Virus record (IMG/VR): IMGVR_UViG_3300032675_000120 | Span: 1 to 26,498 of that record | DNA length: 26,498 nucleotides | Strand: one strand, 5' to 3' | From: a virus | Lineage: Duplodnaviria > Caudoviricetes | Shown here: positions 1-9,200 of the stretch, one piece after another | Position numbering within the stretch: the first letter of the stretch is position 1 | How the letters are laid out: each line of letters opens with the position of its first letter | The notes under the pieces: generated by a model | Databases searched by the model: none | The model's input: the letters and a program-made list of their open reading frames with translations, nothing else | Told to the model about the DNA's origin: nothing | Position numbers and translations under genes: made by a program

Positions 1-166
1 GGGTAGGCGCCTCGATGAGTTCAATCTTACCGAGACCTAGCATAATTTCTAGGAAGTCGTCTTGAAAGTCCTCGGGAAGCACGTCCCCCGCCGTCAGTAC
101 GTGGTTCGGTCCCTTAGTTTCAAAGGGAACTACTGCACGGTACTGACGACGGGTTTCGTTGCTCAT
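1..166 (-). CDS. Hypothetical protein after the major capsid gene (3'-truncated by the window edge)
   Basis: ATG at 166, 2 nt after the MCP stop, open to the window edge (MSNETRRQYRAVVPFETKGPNHVL...). Read manually; not in the ORF track. Confidence 0.7.
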   Translation of the reverse strand, partial: MSNETRRQYRAVVPFETKGPNHVLTAGDVLPEDFQDDFLEIMLGLGKIELIEAPT

Positions 167-168
167 GA

Positions 169-1164
169 TTAGATGATACCTGACCAGAAGTAACCGAGGT
201 CAGCAGCAACAACCTTGTTGTCGAAAGCGATTTCGCCTTCAACACGGTCGGCCTTCAACTCTTCCATGCGGAAGCGTGAAACACCAACGGTCGTGCCGAG
301 TCCACCGGAAACGCCAGTCCACATGAATGTGTAACCAGCAGATGGGGTCATCAAACCTGGGTTTGGAGCGGTGTAGCAGAGCAGAGCGTTGTTACCAACA
401 GTGAAGTTGTAAGACTGGGCGTTTGAGCCTTCCTTACCGCTGTTGACAACTGCCTTAGCAACGAGAACACGGTCAACACCGAACAATTGTGCGAGGAGGT
501 CCTCAGTAACAATTGCACCGGCTTGGGTGTACTTGTAACGGTCTACGAGCAATGGGTGGTTCTTCAGGGTCTGGAATACGGCGTAGCCGAGAACGAGCGT
601 GTTGGGCTCGTAACCAGTGTTCTGAAGAATGGTGGCCTTCGCCAACTCAACGTCCGTAATTGGGTTTGAGTTGTATGAAGTTGCCTCCACGTAGTCGCTC
701 CACTTGTAAGTGGTGCTACCCGCCGAGTACGAGGATGAACCCGTAACGTTGTTAGCCCATACGCCTGATGCAAAGTAGTCAGTAGCCCATTGAACTTCAC
801 GACGGAGGAGCAAACGCTGAGTTACAAACTGCGTTGCTTCCATGTCAGGGTTCAGAGGGTTGTCTGAGTTTGCACGGGTCTGGTCGCCAATGTCCTTGTG
901 GAAGGCGAAAACGTCGGCAGAGTAGTTGTCGGTTGACAGTCCGTAGCCTGAACCAGCAGATGCAGTGCCATCGGCACGGCGCTGAGCCTCGTCACGGAAC
1001 CAGTCGTCCTTGGTGTACTTGAAGTAAAGGTTGCTCTTCTTGTCAACAGGTACTACTGGGAATACCTTGTCGGCGATGAAGTTTGCAGTGTTCTGAATGT
1101 ATGCAACCGAGATGTTGGTCAAGATTGCATCAATGTGAACGTTATTTACGTTTGGCTGTGGCAT
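169..1164 (-). CDS. Major capsid protein (HK97 fold, lambda gpE-like family)
   Basis: 331 aa with N-terminal HIDAILTNISVAY...FIADKVFPVVPV typical of this MCP family. GAGGA RBS. Lies after the scaffold and decoration genes. Confidence 0.88.
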   Translation of the reverse strand: MPQPNVNNVHIDAILTNISVAYIQNTANFIADKVFPVVPVDKKSNLYFKYTKDDWFRDEAQRRADGTASAGSGYGLSTDNYSADVFAFHKDIGDQTRANSDNPLNPDMEATQFVTQRLLLRREVQWATDYFASGVWANNVTGSSSYSAGSTTYKWSDYVEATSYNSNPITDVELAKATILQNTGYEPNTLVLGYAVFQTLKNHPLLVDRYKYTQAGAIVTEDLLAQLFGVDRVLVAKAVVNSGKEGSNAQSYNFTVGNNALLCYTAPNPGLMTPSAGYTFMWTGVSGGLGTTVGVSRFRMEELKADRVEGEIAFDNKVVAADLGYFWSGII

Positions 1165-1182
1165 GGTTTATTCCTCTCTGCC

Positions 1183-1659
1183 TTATGCAGCACGGCTTGC
1201 GTTGCCACAGTCGATGACTACGGTGATGATGTCACCGGAGACGCCTGCGGTCAGAGCCGTACCTAGGATGTACTTAGTGGTGTCAGTGCCGGGAACGATT
1301 GCAACGGCGGTGCCAGTTGCAGAAGTACCGATTACTGAACCAACGGAAATGCTTCCACCAGCAACAACCTTGGTGACGCCCGAAATCGTGATTTCTGATT
1401 CCGAAACGCCTTCGAGTGCTGAAGCAGCGCTGAACCAAGCACGTGGCTGGTTCTGGAGGACACCAAGCGGACGGTCAGTAGCGGCGCTCACAGCAGTGGC
1501 AACCGAGCCTGATTCGTTCGCACCCGTGATAGATGCCGAAGCAATCTTCACGAAGGTGAACTGTGATTGAAGAGCAACTGAGGTGCTGGTGCCTGACGCT
1601 GCTGAAGCGTCTGCGACCATCGTTACCTTAATTGCATATGGATTCTGTTCGTAAGCCAT
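1183..1659 (-). CDS. Capsid decoration/cement protein (DUF2190-like)
   Basis: 158 aa, Ala/Gly/Ser/Thr-rich, with GVLQNQP...ITISGVTKVVAGGSISVG...LGTALTA. Sits between scaffold and MCP. Confidence 0.75.
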   Translation of the reverse strand: MAYEQNPYAIKVTMVADASAASGTSTSVALQSQFTFVKIASASITGANESGSVATAVSAATDRPLGVLQNQPRAWFSAASALEGVSESEITISGVTKVVAGGSISVGSVIGTSATGTAVAIVPGTDTTKYILGTALTAGVSGDIITVVIDCGNASRAA

Positions 1660-1662
1660 GAC

Positions 1663-2409
1663 TTATCGTGCCTTCTCGTTGAGGTAAGCGGTGTAGAGGT
1701 CAGGGTTTGACTGAGCAACTGACATCAGAGCCGACTCGAATGATGGTGAAGTGCCGTTGGCAACTGCTGCCTTGGCAAGTGATTCCATCTTCGAGAAAGC
1801 GTCGTCAGAAGCAGCAGGTGCGTCCGTTCCGATTTCGGTGAATACAACGTTCGCTTCAAGTTGAGCGTTCGCTGAGTCGAGGGCCTTAACAATCTCGGTG
1901 GCAAGTGCGCCGTCAACTTCTGAAAGTTGGCGAAGGCTTGGACCTACGATTGAAGGGTCAAGGTTGAGTTGTGACCATTGGGCAGCCTTCAGTACAGCAG
2001 CCTCGTCAGCACGAGCGTTACGCTCGGCAATGAGGGCCGACTCTGAAGCCTGAGCCTTGCGGAGAGCAGCCTCAGCGGTGGCCTTGCTTTCGTCAAGCAT
2101 CTTCTTGACTACAGCAGGCATCGCCTTAACAATCTCAGCCTCGGTCGCCAACTCTGGAATGACAACAACTTCTGCGTTGTCAGTAAGAGCCGTTTCAGGC
2201 ATAGTGATTCCTTCCGTCTTGGAAACTACTGAAGCGGGCGCCTCAGTAGGGTTGCCGTCACCATCACTGGTTGGGCGGAGTTCGTCAAGTACGGCAGTAA
2301 CTTCGGAAGGATTGGCAGACTTCATTACAACCCATCCATCGTGAAGGTGGGCAGGGTGGTCAACACCACTGGTCTCCTTGATGTTGAGTCGTACTAACTT
2401 TCGTGCCAT
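1663..2409 (-). CDS. Capsid scaffolding protein with an N-terminal protease-like strand
   Basis: 248 aa, acidic, Ala-rich and predicted helical, directly upstream of decoration and MCP. The N-terminus (RKLVRLNIKETSGVDHPAH...VMKS) resembles the E-x-S-x-V-D-x-P-A strand of prohead proteases. Confidence 0.75.
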   Translation of the reverse strand: MARKLVRLNIKETSGVDHPAHLHDGWVVMKSANPSEVTAVLDELRPTSDGDGNPTEAPASVVSKTEGITMPETALTDNAEVVVIPELATEAEIVKAMPAVVKKMLDESKATAEAALRKAQASESALIAERNARADEAAVLKAAQWSQLNLDPSIVGPSLRQLSEVDGALATEIVKALDSANAQLEANVVFTEIGTDAPAASDDAFSKMESLAKAAVANGTSPSFESALMSVAQSNPDLYTAYLNEKAR

Positions 2410-2467
2410 GTACTCTTCCTTGCGACTTGTTCCGTGTGGTAAAAACCCAACGGTCTTGACAAAACAA

Positions 2468-2492
2468 ATCGTAGAGTACGTTTTGGAAAATG
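2468..2492 (-). promoter_or_regulatory. Putative phage late promoter, copy upstream of scaffold/decoration/MCP
   Basis: Minus strand CATTTTCCAAA-N8-TACGAT. The same architecture occurs at four other intergenic sites. Confidence 0.6.
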
Positions 2493-2502
2493 CAAGTGTT
2501 GA

Positions 2503-3318
2503 CTAGAAGGGGAAGTCTTCCTCGTCATGCCAAGCCGGGCAGATGTCCTTAAATGAACACCAGTTTTCGCAGAGATTGTTCTTTGTTGCTGGGAAAAAGC
2601 CAGCCTCGTACCACTCTTCAATCTTGCCCCAAGCCTGACGAACACGTCGCTCGGCAAGTTCGATGTCATTGTCTGTCACGCTTAGTTCAAGTGTTTTTCC
2701 AAACTGGACATAGAGAAGTCGGATTGTCTTTGGTCGCTCACCAAGCACTTGTTCGCACAAATAGGCGTAGATTTTCGCCGGGAGAAGTGCTGAATCCTTG
2801 TACTTTCCAAAGGGAACTTTGCCCGTCTTGTAGTCGACAATTATTAGGGAACCGTCAGGGTCACGGTCAAGGCGGTCGAGGATTCCACGGAGCCCGAATC
2901 CGCCCATGTCTAGGTCGTAGCGAACTTCAATCCCCTCTGAGGTGACGGATGTGGGGTCTTCCATTGTGAAGTAAGTGCGGACGTATTTGGAGACATCGGC
3001 CAGAAAGGTCTGAACGCCCTTCGCATCGAGTTCCATTTCTTCGGCGATTTCGGCGCTCAAAGAGACGGGCACGATTTCTCGCATAATCTCCAGCGCAAGT
3101 TCCACGCTTCGCTCCTGTGGTGATTCTGCGGTGCGAAGAAACATCGTTTCCAAGACTTCGTGGAAGAAAGTTCCCCTGTATGTTGCCATCTTCTTCTTCT
3201 CTGGCAACTTTTCAATTGAAACGTATTGGTACTGCTTTGGGCAAGTTTCAATCTGATTGACACGACTTGGAGAAATGCCGGTCGGCTTGTTGCTCAGGTA
3301 AACTGGGGTTGAGTTCAT
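2503..3318 (-). CDS. PD-(D/E)XK RecB/Cas4-like exonuclease with a 4-Cys cluster
   Basis: SPS...TCPKQY, GTFFHEVLE, LRGILDRLD, IIVDYKTGK and C-terminal LCENWCSFKDICP. Confidence 0.88.
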   Translation of the reverse strand: MNSTPVYLSNKPTGISPSRVNQIETCPKQYQYVSIEKLPEKKKMATYRGTFFHEVLETMFLRTAESPQERSVELALEIMREIVPVSLSAEIAEEMELDAKGVQTFLADVSKYVRTYFTMEDPTSVTSEGIEVRYDLDMGGFGLRGILDRLDRDPDGSLIIVDYKTGKVPFGKYKDSALLPAKIYAYLCEQVLGERPKTIRLLYVQFGKTLELSVTDNDIELAERRVRQAWGKIEEWYEAGFFPATKNNLCENWCSFKDICPAWHDEEDFPF

Positions 3319-3324
3319 CCCAAC

Positions 3325-3351
3325 AACATAGCAGACTGGTGTGACACCAGT
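3325..3351 (-). promoter_or_regulatory. Putative leaderless promoter with a palindromic operator upstream of the nuclease
   Basis: Minus strand TGTCAC-N10-TATGTT with an extended -10 (TGn), ending 6 nt before the ATG. No SD sequence. Palindrome ACTGGTGT-G-ACACCAGT at 3335-3351. Confidence 0.5.
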
Positions 3352-3357
3352 GGTGGA

Positions 3358-3618
3358 CTACAGAGAAACTGGCTTGTTGTGGTCAGAGTGCTTTGAGAAA
3401 AGACGGTCAATCTTTTGCGCCAACTTCATTGCGCTCTTGATGTCTTTTGCAAACAAAGAAAAGTCGTACATTGGTGAAAGTATTCCGCCAAGGTTTTCAC
3501 GACGAATAATACGGAGTTCTGCGGGCTGGTCTTTCCCCGCCCAAATCGTGTACCGATAGGGGGAGTTGTCAGCGGTGATTTGGTCAAAGTCCTCTGAGCG
3601 CCAAGTGAGTTTTGCCAT
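3358..3618 (-). CDS. Hypothetical protein
   Basis: 86-aa ORF packed in the operon; no recognisable motif. Confidence 0.65.
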   Translation of the reverse strand: MAKLTWRSEDFDQITADNSPYRYTIWAGKDQPAELRIIRRENLGGILSPMYDFSLFAKDIKSAMKLAQKIDRLFSKHSDHNKPVSL

Positions 3619-3620
3619 GA

Positions 3621-3890
3621 TTACTTTACCGATGGCTCTACTTCTTCGGCGTACTGAACAAGGTGCGAGAATGGCTCCAGTTGCTCGATTCGGCGTCCAG
3701 AAATCTCTACGGCGTTCACCAAGTATTGGTTGTGAACACGGAGTTCATCGTTCTCCACCAGAAGCGAGTTGTATCGCTCTTGAAGGTCAAGTGCGAGTGA
3801 GATGAGTTGACCAATATCCCCAGCGTCGTAGGCGTCCTGGGTTACGGCTTGCCAAACCTTGTCTGATGCTTCTTTGATTGTCTGCGTCAC
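3621..3890 (-). CDS. Hypothetical coiled-coil protein
   Basis: Start moved to the GTG at 3890, which follows an AAGGAG RBS. Heptad-like LQERYNSLLVENDELRVHNQYL. Confidence 0.65.
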   Translation of the reverse strand: MTQTIKEASDKVWQAVTQDAYDAGDIGQLISLALDLQERYNSLLVENDELRVHNQYLVNAVEISGRRIEQLEPFSHLVQYAEEVEPSVK

Positions 3891-3944
3891 GGTATTCTCC
3901 TTTGTCAACAGATTCTCCACAGATGTTACCATACCCTTGTCACT

Positions 3945-4334
3945 TTACCGTACTTCCCCAACGTATCGTAACCATGTGCTTGGATTTTCCGAATCTGGTG
4001 TTAATTCGACTTCCGTGATTCTTTGACAATGCAGACAGTGGACGATGAAGGTGCCGTCTTTGGATTCCGGGTTCCTGACCCGCCAATCATGACGACAAAA
4101 ACCCTCTGTTTTACCGTCAACGACCTTTATCGAGCGACGATAGGGGTCACGGAATATCTTCCCCTTTTGTTCCAAATCTCGGACAATTCGTAGGGCAGTG
4201 GAAGTGCTTCGGATTTCAAAAGCCCTGCAAATATCCCTAATTGTTGGTGAACAGCCAAGTTCGTCCCAGTATCTAGCGACGTAACGAACCACGTCATCGC
4301 CGGTGCGAGACGTGTAATTGCTTCGTTCCATCAC
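3945..4334 (-). CDS. LexA-type winged-helix DNA-binding protein with a C-terminal Zn ribbon and no S24 peptidase domain
   Basis: GCSPTIRDICRAFEIRSTSTALRIVRDLEQKGKIFRDP..RSI matches the LexA N-terminal domain. The C-terminus is CRHDW...HCLHC. Confidence 0.8.
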   Translation of the reverse strand: MMERSNYTSRTGDDVVRYVARYWDELGCSPTIRDICRAFEIRSTSTALRIVRDLEQKGKIFRDPYRRSIKVVDGKTEGFCRHDWRVRNPESKDGTFIVHCLHCQRITEVELTPDSENPSTWLRYVGEVR

Positions 4335-5080
4335 TTCTTTTTGATTGTAAGTTCGCTGAATCGTCGTCCCGCCATTTTCTTGTTAAAGTGCTTGATGTTG
4401 TTGGCTGTAATGCCAATCCTGGTCGTATTCAACATAATTGCCAGCAAATCACTGGCATCTTGCGAAACGTACCCGGCGTCCTCAATCGCTTCCGGCGTGG
4501 GAAAGACATCAGCGTGTCGGTCGGAATCTGCGTCAATCAAGTCGTCCTGTAGACCGCCGGTGCTAAAAAGATAGCGGAAGTTGACTGGGAAGAACTTGCG
4601 CTTCTTGAACATCGCAACCTCTTTGGTGTAGGCGTAGAAAAGAACGTCGGGGTTCTTCTCGGCAATGTCCATCCACAAATCTAAGTACTCTTCGGAAAAG
4701 AAGTCCCCAGAGTCGTGGATTCTGACTGCGGAGCCTCCGTTTTTAGCCCACTCAGAGAGCCACTCGTCTTCGACCATGTTGCTGAAAGACCTTGGTTCTC
4801 CGTTTGGACGGAACCTTGGCTTAGACAATTCTGCGTTAATCGCATCAGTCCATTCATTTGGGGCGTCTAGAACCATCTCCAGGTTTCTGAGGTGTGCAGA
4901 CCTAACGTTGCTGAACATAAATGTGCCATTTCGGGCGTAGCAATACTGGGCGCATACGCCTGCGTTCGGACAGGTCTTGAATAGTTTCCCGCTGGAAAGG
5001 CGTACATTCCACGCTGGAAGTGTCCAGTTCCAAATTCGGTCTTTGCGTAGTTCGGAGTTTGATTTGAGAAGGTCAGCCAT
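4331..5080 (-). CDS. Mycobacteriophage gp88-like protein (Cys-cluster, radical-SAM-like)
   Basis: TCPNAGVCAQYCYA, VRIHDSGDFFS and FYAYTK. ATG at 5080 chosen for its GAAAGG RBS. Confidence 0.75.
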   Translation of the reverse strand: MADLLKSNSELRKDRIWNWTLPAWNVRLSSGKLFKTCPNAGVCAQYCYARNGTFMFSNVRSAHLRNLEMVLDAPNEWTDAINAELSKPRFRPNGEPRSFSNMVEDEWLSEWAKNGGSAVRIHDSGDFFSEEYLDLWMDIAEKNPDVLFYAYTKEVAMFKKRKFFPVNFRYLFSTGGLQDDLIDADSDRHADVFPTPEAIEDAGYVSQDASDLLAIMLNTTRIGITANNIKHFNKKMAGRRFSELTIKKK

Positions 5081-5228
5081 TTTGGTACCTTTCCGGAACA
5101 GGTCCTTTGTAGGGGGAGCCGTCAGCACTTTGGTCGACGGGGAATCGGTCTGAGCAATTGGCGCACGTTACATAGGTTTTGGCACCCATTGTCCTAAGCA
5201 CCCAGTTGTGTTTGCAGGTTTTAGCCAT
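5073..5228 (-). CDS. Small Zn-ribbon protein (51 aa)
   Basis: Manually translated as MAKTCKHNWVLRTMGAKTYVTCANCSDRFPVDQ... It overlaps both neighbours by 8 nt and fills the gap exactly. Confidence 0.7.
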   Translation of the reverse strand: MAKTCKHNWVLRTMGAKTYVTCANCSDRFPVDQSADGSPYKGPVPERYQNG

Positions 5229-5415
5229 TATTTTTCCTTCGTTTGATTTCGTTCAACATGGTTTGAATATCCTGGTTCCACTTATCCATGTCGTCTTCGG
5301 TTTCAAAGTCCGGTGAATAAATGGTTACGCTGTAAGTCCCGTCGGGCTCGTGCAAGCATTTTGCGTGAACGTCGTCAAATCGCCAGTATCCAACTGGTAC
5401 GTTCTCAGTGGACAT
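5221..5415 (-). CDS. Hypothetical protein (64 aa)
   Basis: In-frame ATG at 5415 (MSTENVPVGYW) overlaps the end of the upstream gene. Confidence 0.6.
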   Translation of the reverse strand: MSTENVPVGYWRFDDVHAKCLHEPDGTYSVTIYSPDFETEDDMDKWNQDIQTMLNEIKRRKNNG

Positions 5416-5614
5416 CTGCCTGGGCGTAGTCTTGTGCGTCTTGCTCCCAAATGGCAAGATTCCCTAGTCGAACCATGTGGACACAAGGGTCGTAGCCCTC
5501 TTCCCACAAACGTTCTTCCTTTTCCCCGGTCGGTGAACCGTCATGCGTGTTGCAGAAACTTTCGGAGCAAAATCCGTTCTCTACGCCGACTTGTAACCAC
5601 TGTTCAAATGTCAT
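5405..5614 (-). CDS. Small Cys/His-containing hypothetical protein
   Basis: 69 aa with FCSESFCNTHDG...DPCVHMVRL, a possible metal-binding set. Confidence 0.7.
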   Translation of the reverse strand: MTFEQWLQVGVENGFCSESFCNTHDGSPTGEKEERLWEEGYDPCVHMVRLGNLAIWEQDAQDYAQADVH

Positions 5615-5657
5615 TGCGTAACGGTATCAAAATGACCGATACAAAGCAAGTCATTCT

Positions 5658-6125
5658 CTAGCAGTTGTCGCCAGACCATTCGGGGTAAAAACCGCTGTTT
5701 CGGACGTAGTACCAAGAAGCAACTTCAAACTGCTCCGTGACACTGGCCTCATTAGCAAACTGGGTGGTGATTCCTAGTTCATTCGCACCGGCTTGCCAAA
5801 TCCACGGGAGGAATTGGAAGATGCCCCCGGCGCCCGAATTGACATTCAGGTCGTTCGGGTTTAGGTGGCTCGGCGTTGAGCGACTTTCATCCCACATGAT
5901 GCAGATGAACCCAGCCCGGCTGGAAGCAGGGAGGATTGACATTGGGCTCGGCGCTACTGGCGGTGCCAATGGTGCGTTGTCAACGTGGGCATAGAAAACA
6001 GCCTTTTCGGTGGCCTGCGTTTGGACGGCAGGGGTCACGGAATGGTTAGAGGCCGGAGTGCTTCCATGGAAGGCTCCTACTGTCGTAGCGAGGGCTAACA
6101 CAACCCCTCGCACCGTACCTCTCAA
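5658..6125 (-). CDS. Secreted Rpf-like / lysozyme-fold lytic transglycosylase
   Basis: N-terminal signal-peptide-like segment and Pro/Ala linker, then CIMWDES (catalytic Glu), SGAGGIFQF..WIW, AS..EQ..VA and a terminal W...C. Confidence 0.78.
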   Translation of the reverse strand: MRGTVRGVVLALATTVGAFHGSTPASNHSVTPAVQTQATEKAVFYAHVDNAPLAPPVAPSPMSILPASSRAGFICIMWDESRSTPSHLNPNDLNVNSGAGGIFQFLPWIWQAGANELGITTQFANEASVTEQFEVASWYYVRNSGFYPEWSGDNC

Positions 6126-6190
6126 CGGGCTCCAATGCCAGAGGAATACAAACCAAGCAACGATGCTCGGCTACTTACGTTGGTGTTCAT
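6122..6190 (-). CDS. Possible 22-aa leader peptide
   Basis: AAGGAGG RBS 7 nt before the ATG at 6190. Its TGA overlaps the TTG start of the transglycosylase. Confidence 0.4.
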   Translation of the reverse strand: MNTNVSSRASLLGLYSSGIGAR

Positions 6191-6233
6191 AGAACAACCT
6201 CCTTGGGTAGTCGCCCCCGTGGGGGCTTCAACC

Positions 6234-6262
6234 ATTCTAGAGGAATTAGCCATTTAGGTCAA
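6234..6262 (-). promoter_or_regulatory. Sigma70/SigA-type promoter for the non-structural block (6190 to 2503)
   Basis: Minus strand TTGACC-N17-TAGAAT in the intergenic gap. Confidence 0.75.
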
Positions 6263-6292
6263 GAATACCGACCTATAGTGGCTCAAAAGCCT

Positions 6293-9200
6293 TTATTTGC
6301 TTGGCTTTTGGTTTGCTGACCATTCCTTCATGAATCCGTTCCAGGCGGGCATGGTTTCATTCAAAATGTTCATCCGAAGGCTCTCTGGGACGCTTGCGTC
6401 AGATGTCAGTGATTGCATTTTTTTGTCTGCCCTGGTTATCTCGGCATTTGAATAGTGTGCGCTTTGGGCAAGGTCTAGAAGTTCGTGGGCGTCTGGTTCG
6501 TAACTAAAGGAAAGGCCGTGGTCGATTCCCAAAAGTCGCTCAGTGCCGTCGTGTTGAAAAACCATGACGTTTCCGACGTTGCGGTCAGGGTTGCCGATTG
6601 CTTCATCGAGGAACTGGACTCGTGCCATGTCTGTCTGAGCCTTTGCGCCCATTGTCTCGGCCACTTCCGACGGGTCAAGGTCTTCATCAGTGCTGATTAC
6701 CTTTCCGTCAACGAATGGGCTAAGGACATCGCATCTTCCGCTGGGGGTCTTTTTGATAATTACAGCGTCACGGACTGGGGCATCTAGCGCCTTTCCAATC
6801 TTGGAGGCTAGAACTTCTTTGTCCGCATCCTCCTGGGTCATGCCGTGCTTGATGATTCCGATGGAGCCGTCTGCCAGTTCGACTTTGGTAAAACCAGTGT
6901 TTTGGACGCCACCAAGAATCTTTTTGTTACCCAACTTTTTGGCAACCTCGGTCGTCTTCAGAGCCTGAAAACCACCAACTTTTTCATATTGGTTTCCGTG
7001 AAACTCATGCCCCGGCTTGTCGCCCTTGGTGATTTTTTCTGCCTTCTCACGCTCTAACATCGCCTTGTAGTGGAGTTCATTTGCGCCGTCAAAGTCGCCC
7101 ATAAGTTGGGCAATCTTTGCGTCTTCACGTAATTCCTCTGCCTCGACGAGGTGTTTATTGGGCTTCGCCTTTTCAACACCGGGCTCTTTTGCATCCTCTT
7201 CATCCCACTTAACAACGCTGGGGTTTACAATGACAACTTCGTCATTTTGCTCATCCCCGAAAATCCCGCCACCATTGTGGTGAATAACCATTCCGTCGTA
7301 GCCATTTGCTTTTAGCCATTCTGACTCTGGTTCGTTTGCAATTTCGTCTGGGAGGTCTTTGCTGTCAATCAATTTTGCCGATGGGCTAATTGTTCCTGAC
7401 ATGACATGTGGCTCGGTTGGGTTTTCAGTTCCATAGCCGTTTGCATAGGCGTGTGCCATGTCGTAACTGCTTGTCATGTAGAGAGCATCTCCCGATGTCC
7501 CTCGACCGATTGAGCCGTCGAGGGTCGCTTGGCGACCAGCGGAACTTGTCACGCCACGATAGACACGTATGCCCCCGGTGTATTGATTGCCATGAAAAGC
7601 ATGTCCAGCAACGTCACCTTTTTGAATTGTTTTTTGCTGAAGGTATACGTTCGTGTAACCAGCCGATTTCGATTGACTGACAACAACGAAATCCCCACTT
7701 ACAATTTGCTCGTGGAAACGGGCAACGCCCCCGTATTGGTTTGTGTCAAGTGCTTTGGTTCCTGCGGGAAGGTGAAGTATTACTTTCAAATTGCTTCTAG
7801 GCGTACTGTATATTTTATAGCCTTCTCTTTTTGAAGCAAAATCTCTAGCAACGCTCGGCTTGTCAGTAAATGAAGCAAGTGTCATTTTCAGTTCTTTGCC
7901 AATGCCGTATTTTTGTTCGAGTTCATTTGGTGGAACGCTCACACCCGAAAACAATTCCGACTTTGATGGCGGTGCGTTTAGAACTGCGTTTTGCAGTTGC
8001 TGGCTCCATGAATCGCTTAACTGACGCCACTTATCAGTGTTGTCTGTTATAGACCAAGCACGAACCAATCTTTGTACGGGAATTTCTTCTCCGCCCTGAC
8101 CTGCTTCATACTGATTTCCGTGGAAAACGTGCCCCTCTACATCGCCCTTAGCGATTTCGATATTTGGGTTCTTAACTGAAAGTGAGGCAATCTCGGCGCA
8201 TTGTTGTGGCGTCCAAGAAGAACTGTTCCAAACGTATCCGTCTTCACCGATTTGACCCGTTGGTGTGGTTGTTCGACCAATCGCCTGGTGATAACCCTCG
8301 GCGCCTCGACCAGCGGTCGCTGTTACGCCCCAGCCGTTTTCGCTTGCGTATTTTGCCAGTTCATACTGAATGGCCGTCGCAGCGCCAGGCACTTTATTGG
8401 TTGAGCCCAATTCAGGGATGTAGACGTTCCCCTTGGCATCGGTGTTTCCAATTCTCATGATGGCGCAGATTTGGTCGTTCTTGTCTGTTGCGACAATCAT
8501 CTTTCCGCCACTCGACATAAAGTCGTTAAGCGTATCTTCCATCATTCTGTAACCGTTGGTGATTCGAAGAACTTGCGTCTTCATCTCTGGGTCGGTTGTG
8601 TTTTCAAGTTTCTTTTCTGATGAGGCAAGGGCTCGGTCAATCTTTGCTGCTTGACCCTTGGAGTAGTCGTTTTCGCCACCCTCGCCCTTACCAACGCCCC
8701 AAAGGGATGGGAACTTATCGTAGGAATCTTGACTGCTCTTGCAATCGTAGAAGGTTACTTTGCCACCCTTACTAAAAAACTTGCTGGCGGAGTCGGTAAT
8801 GAACTGCTTGGCGTCTGGTGATACTGAGCCTCCACTTTCGCCAGTCTCATATTGGTTTCCGTGGAATGGATGTCCTTCAATATCGCCCTTTTGGATTGTG
8901 GCGTAATTCTCTATTTTTTGGAACTTGTCAATAAGAGATTCCAAATTGGCCATCATGTTGTCAAACTTGTCCGACATACCGATTGTGGTAAAAATGCCAC
9001 GAAGGGTTTCCAACTTTGGCTTCAGAATCAAAAGGCTTTCGGCGTTTACTCCGTGGTTCCAAAGTTGAGAAATCAACTCAGGTGATGGTTCACGAAGCCT
9101 GAAGTTACAGAGTGCGTGGTCAATACCCACAATTCGACCATCTGTTGCGAACATAAGGTTCTTAGGTCGTCTGTCGGAGTTCGCTGTGAGGTAGTCAAAT

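Noticed and set aside
2503-3318. Cas4 indicating a CRISPR-Cas locus
   Set aside because: No cas1, cas2 or array nearby. Stand-alone Cas4/RecB-like nucleases are common in phages.
3945-4334. Calling this gene lexA
   Set aside because: It has no Ala-Gly cleavage site or Ser-Lys peptidase domain; only the DNA-binding domain is LexA-like.
6213-6226. GC hairpin as an intrinsic terminator
   Set aside because: The stem is short with no U-tract on the coding strand, and it lies just downstream of a promoter.
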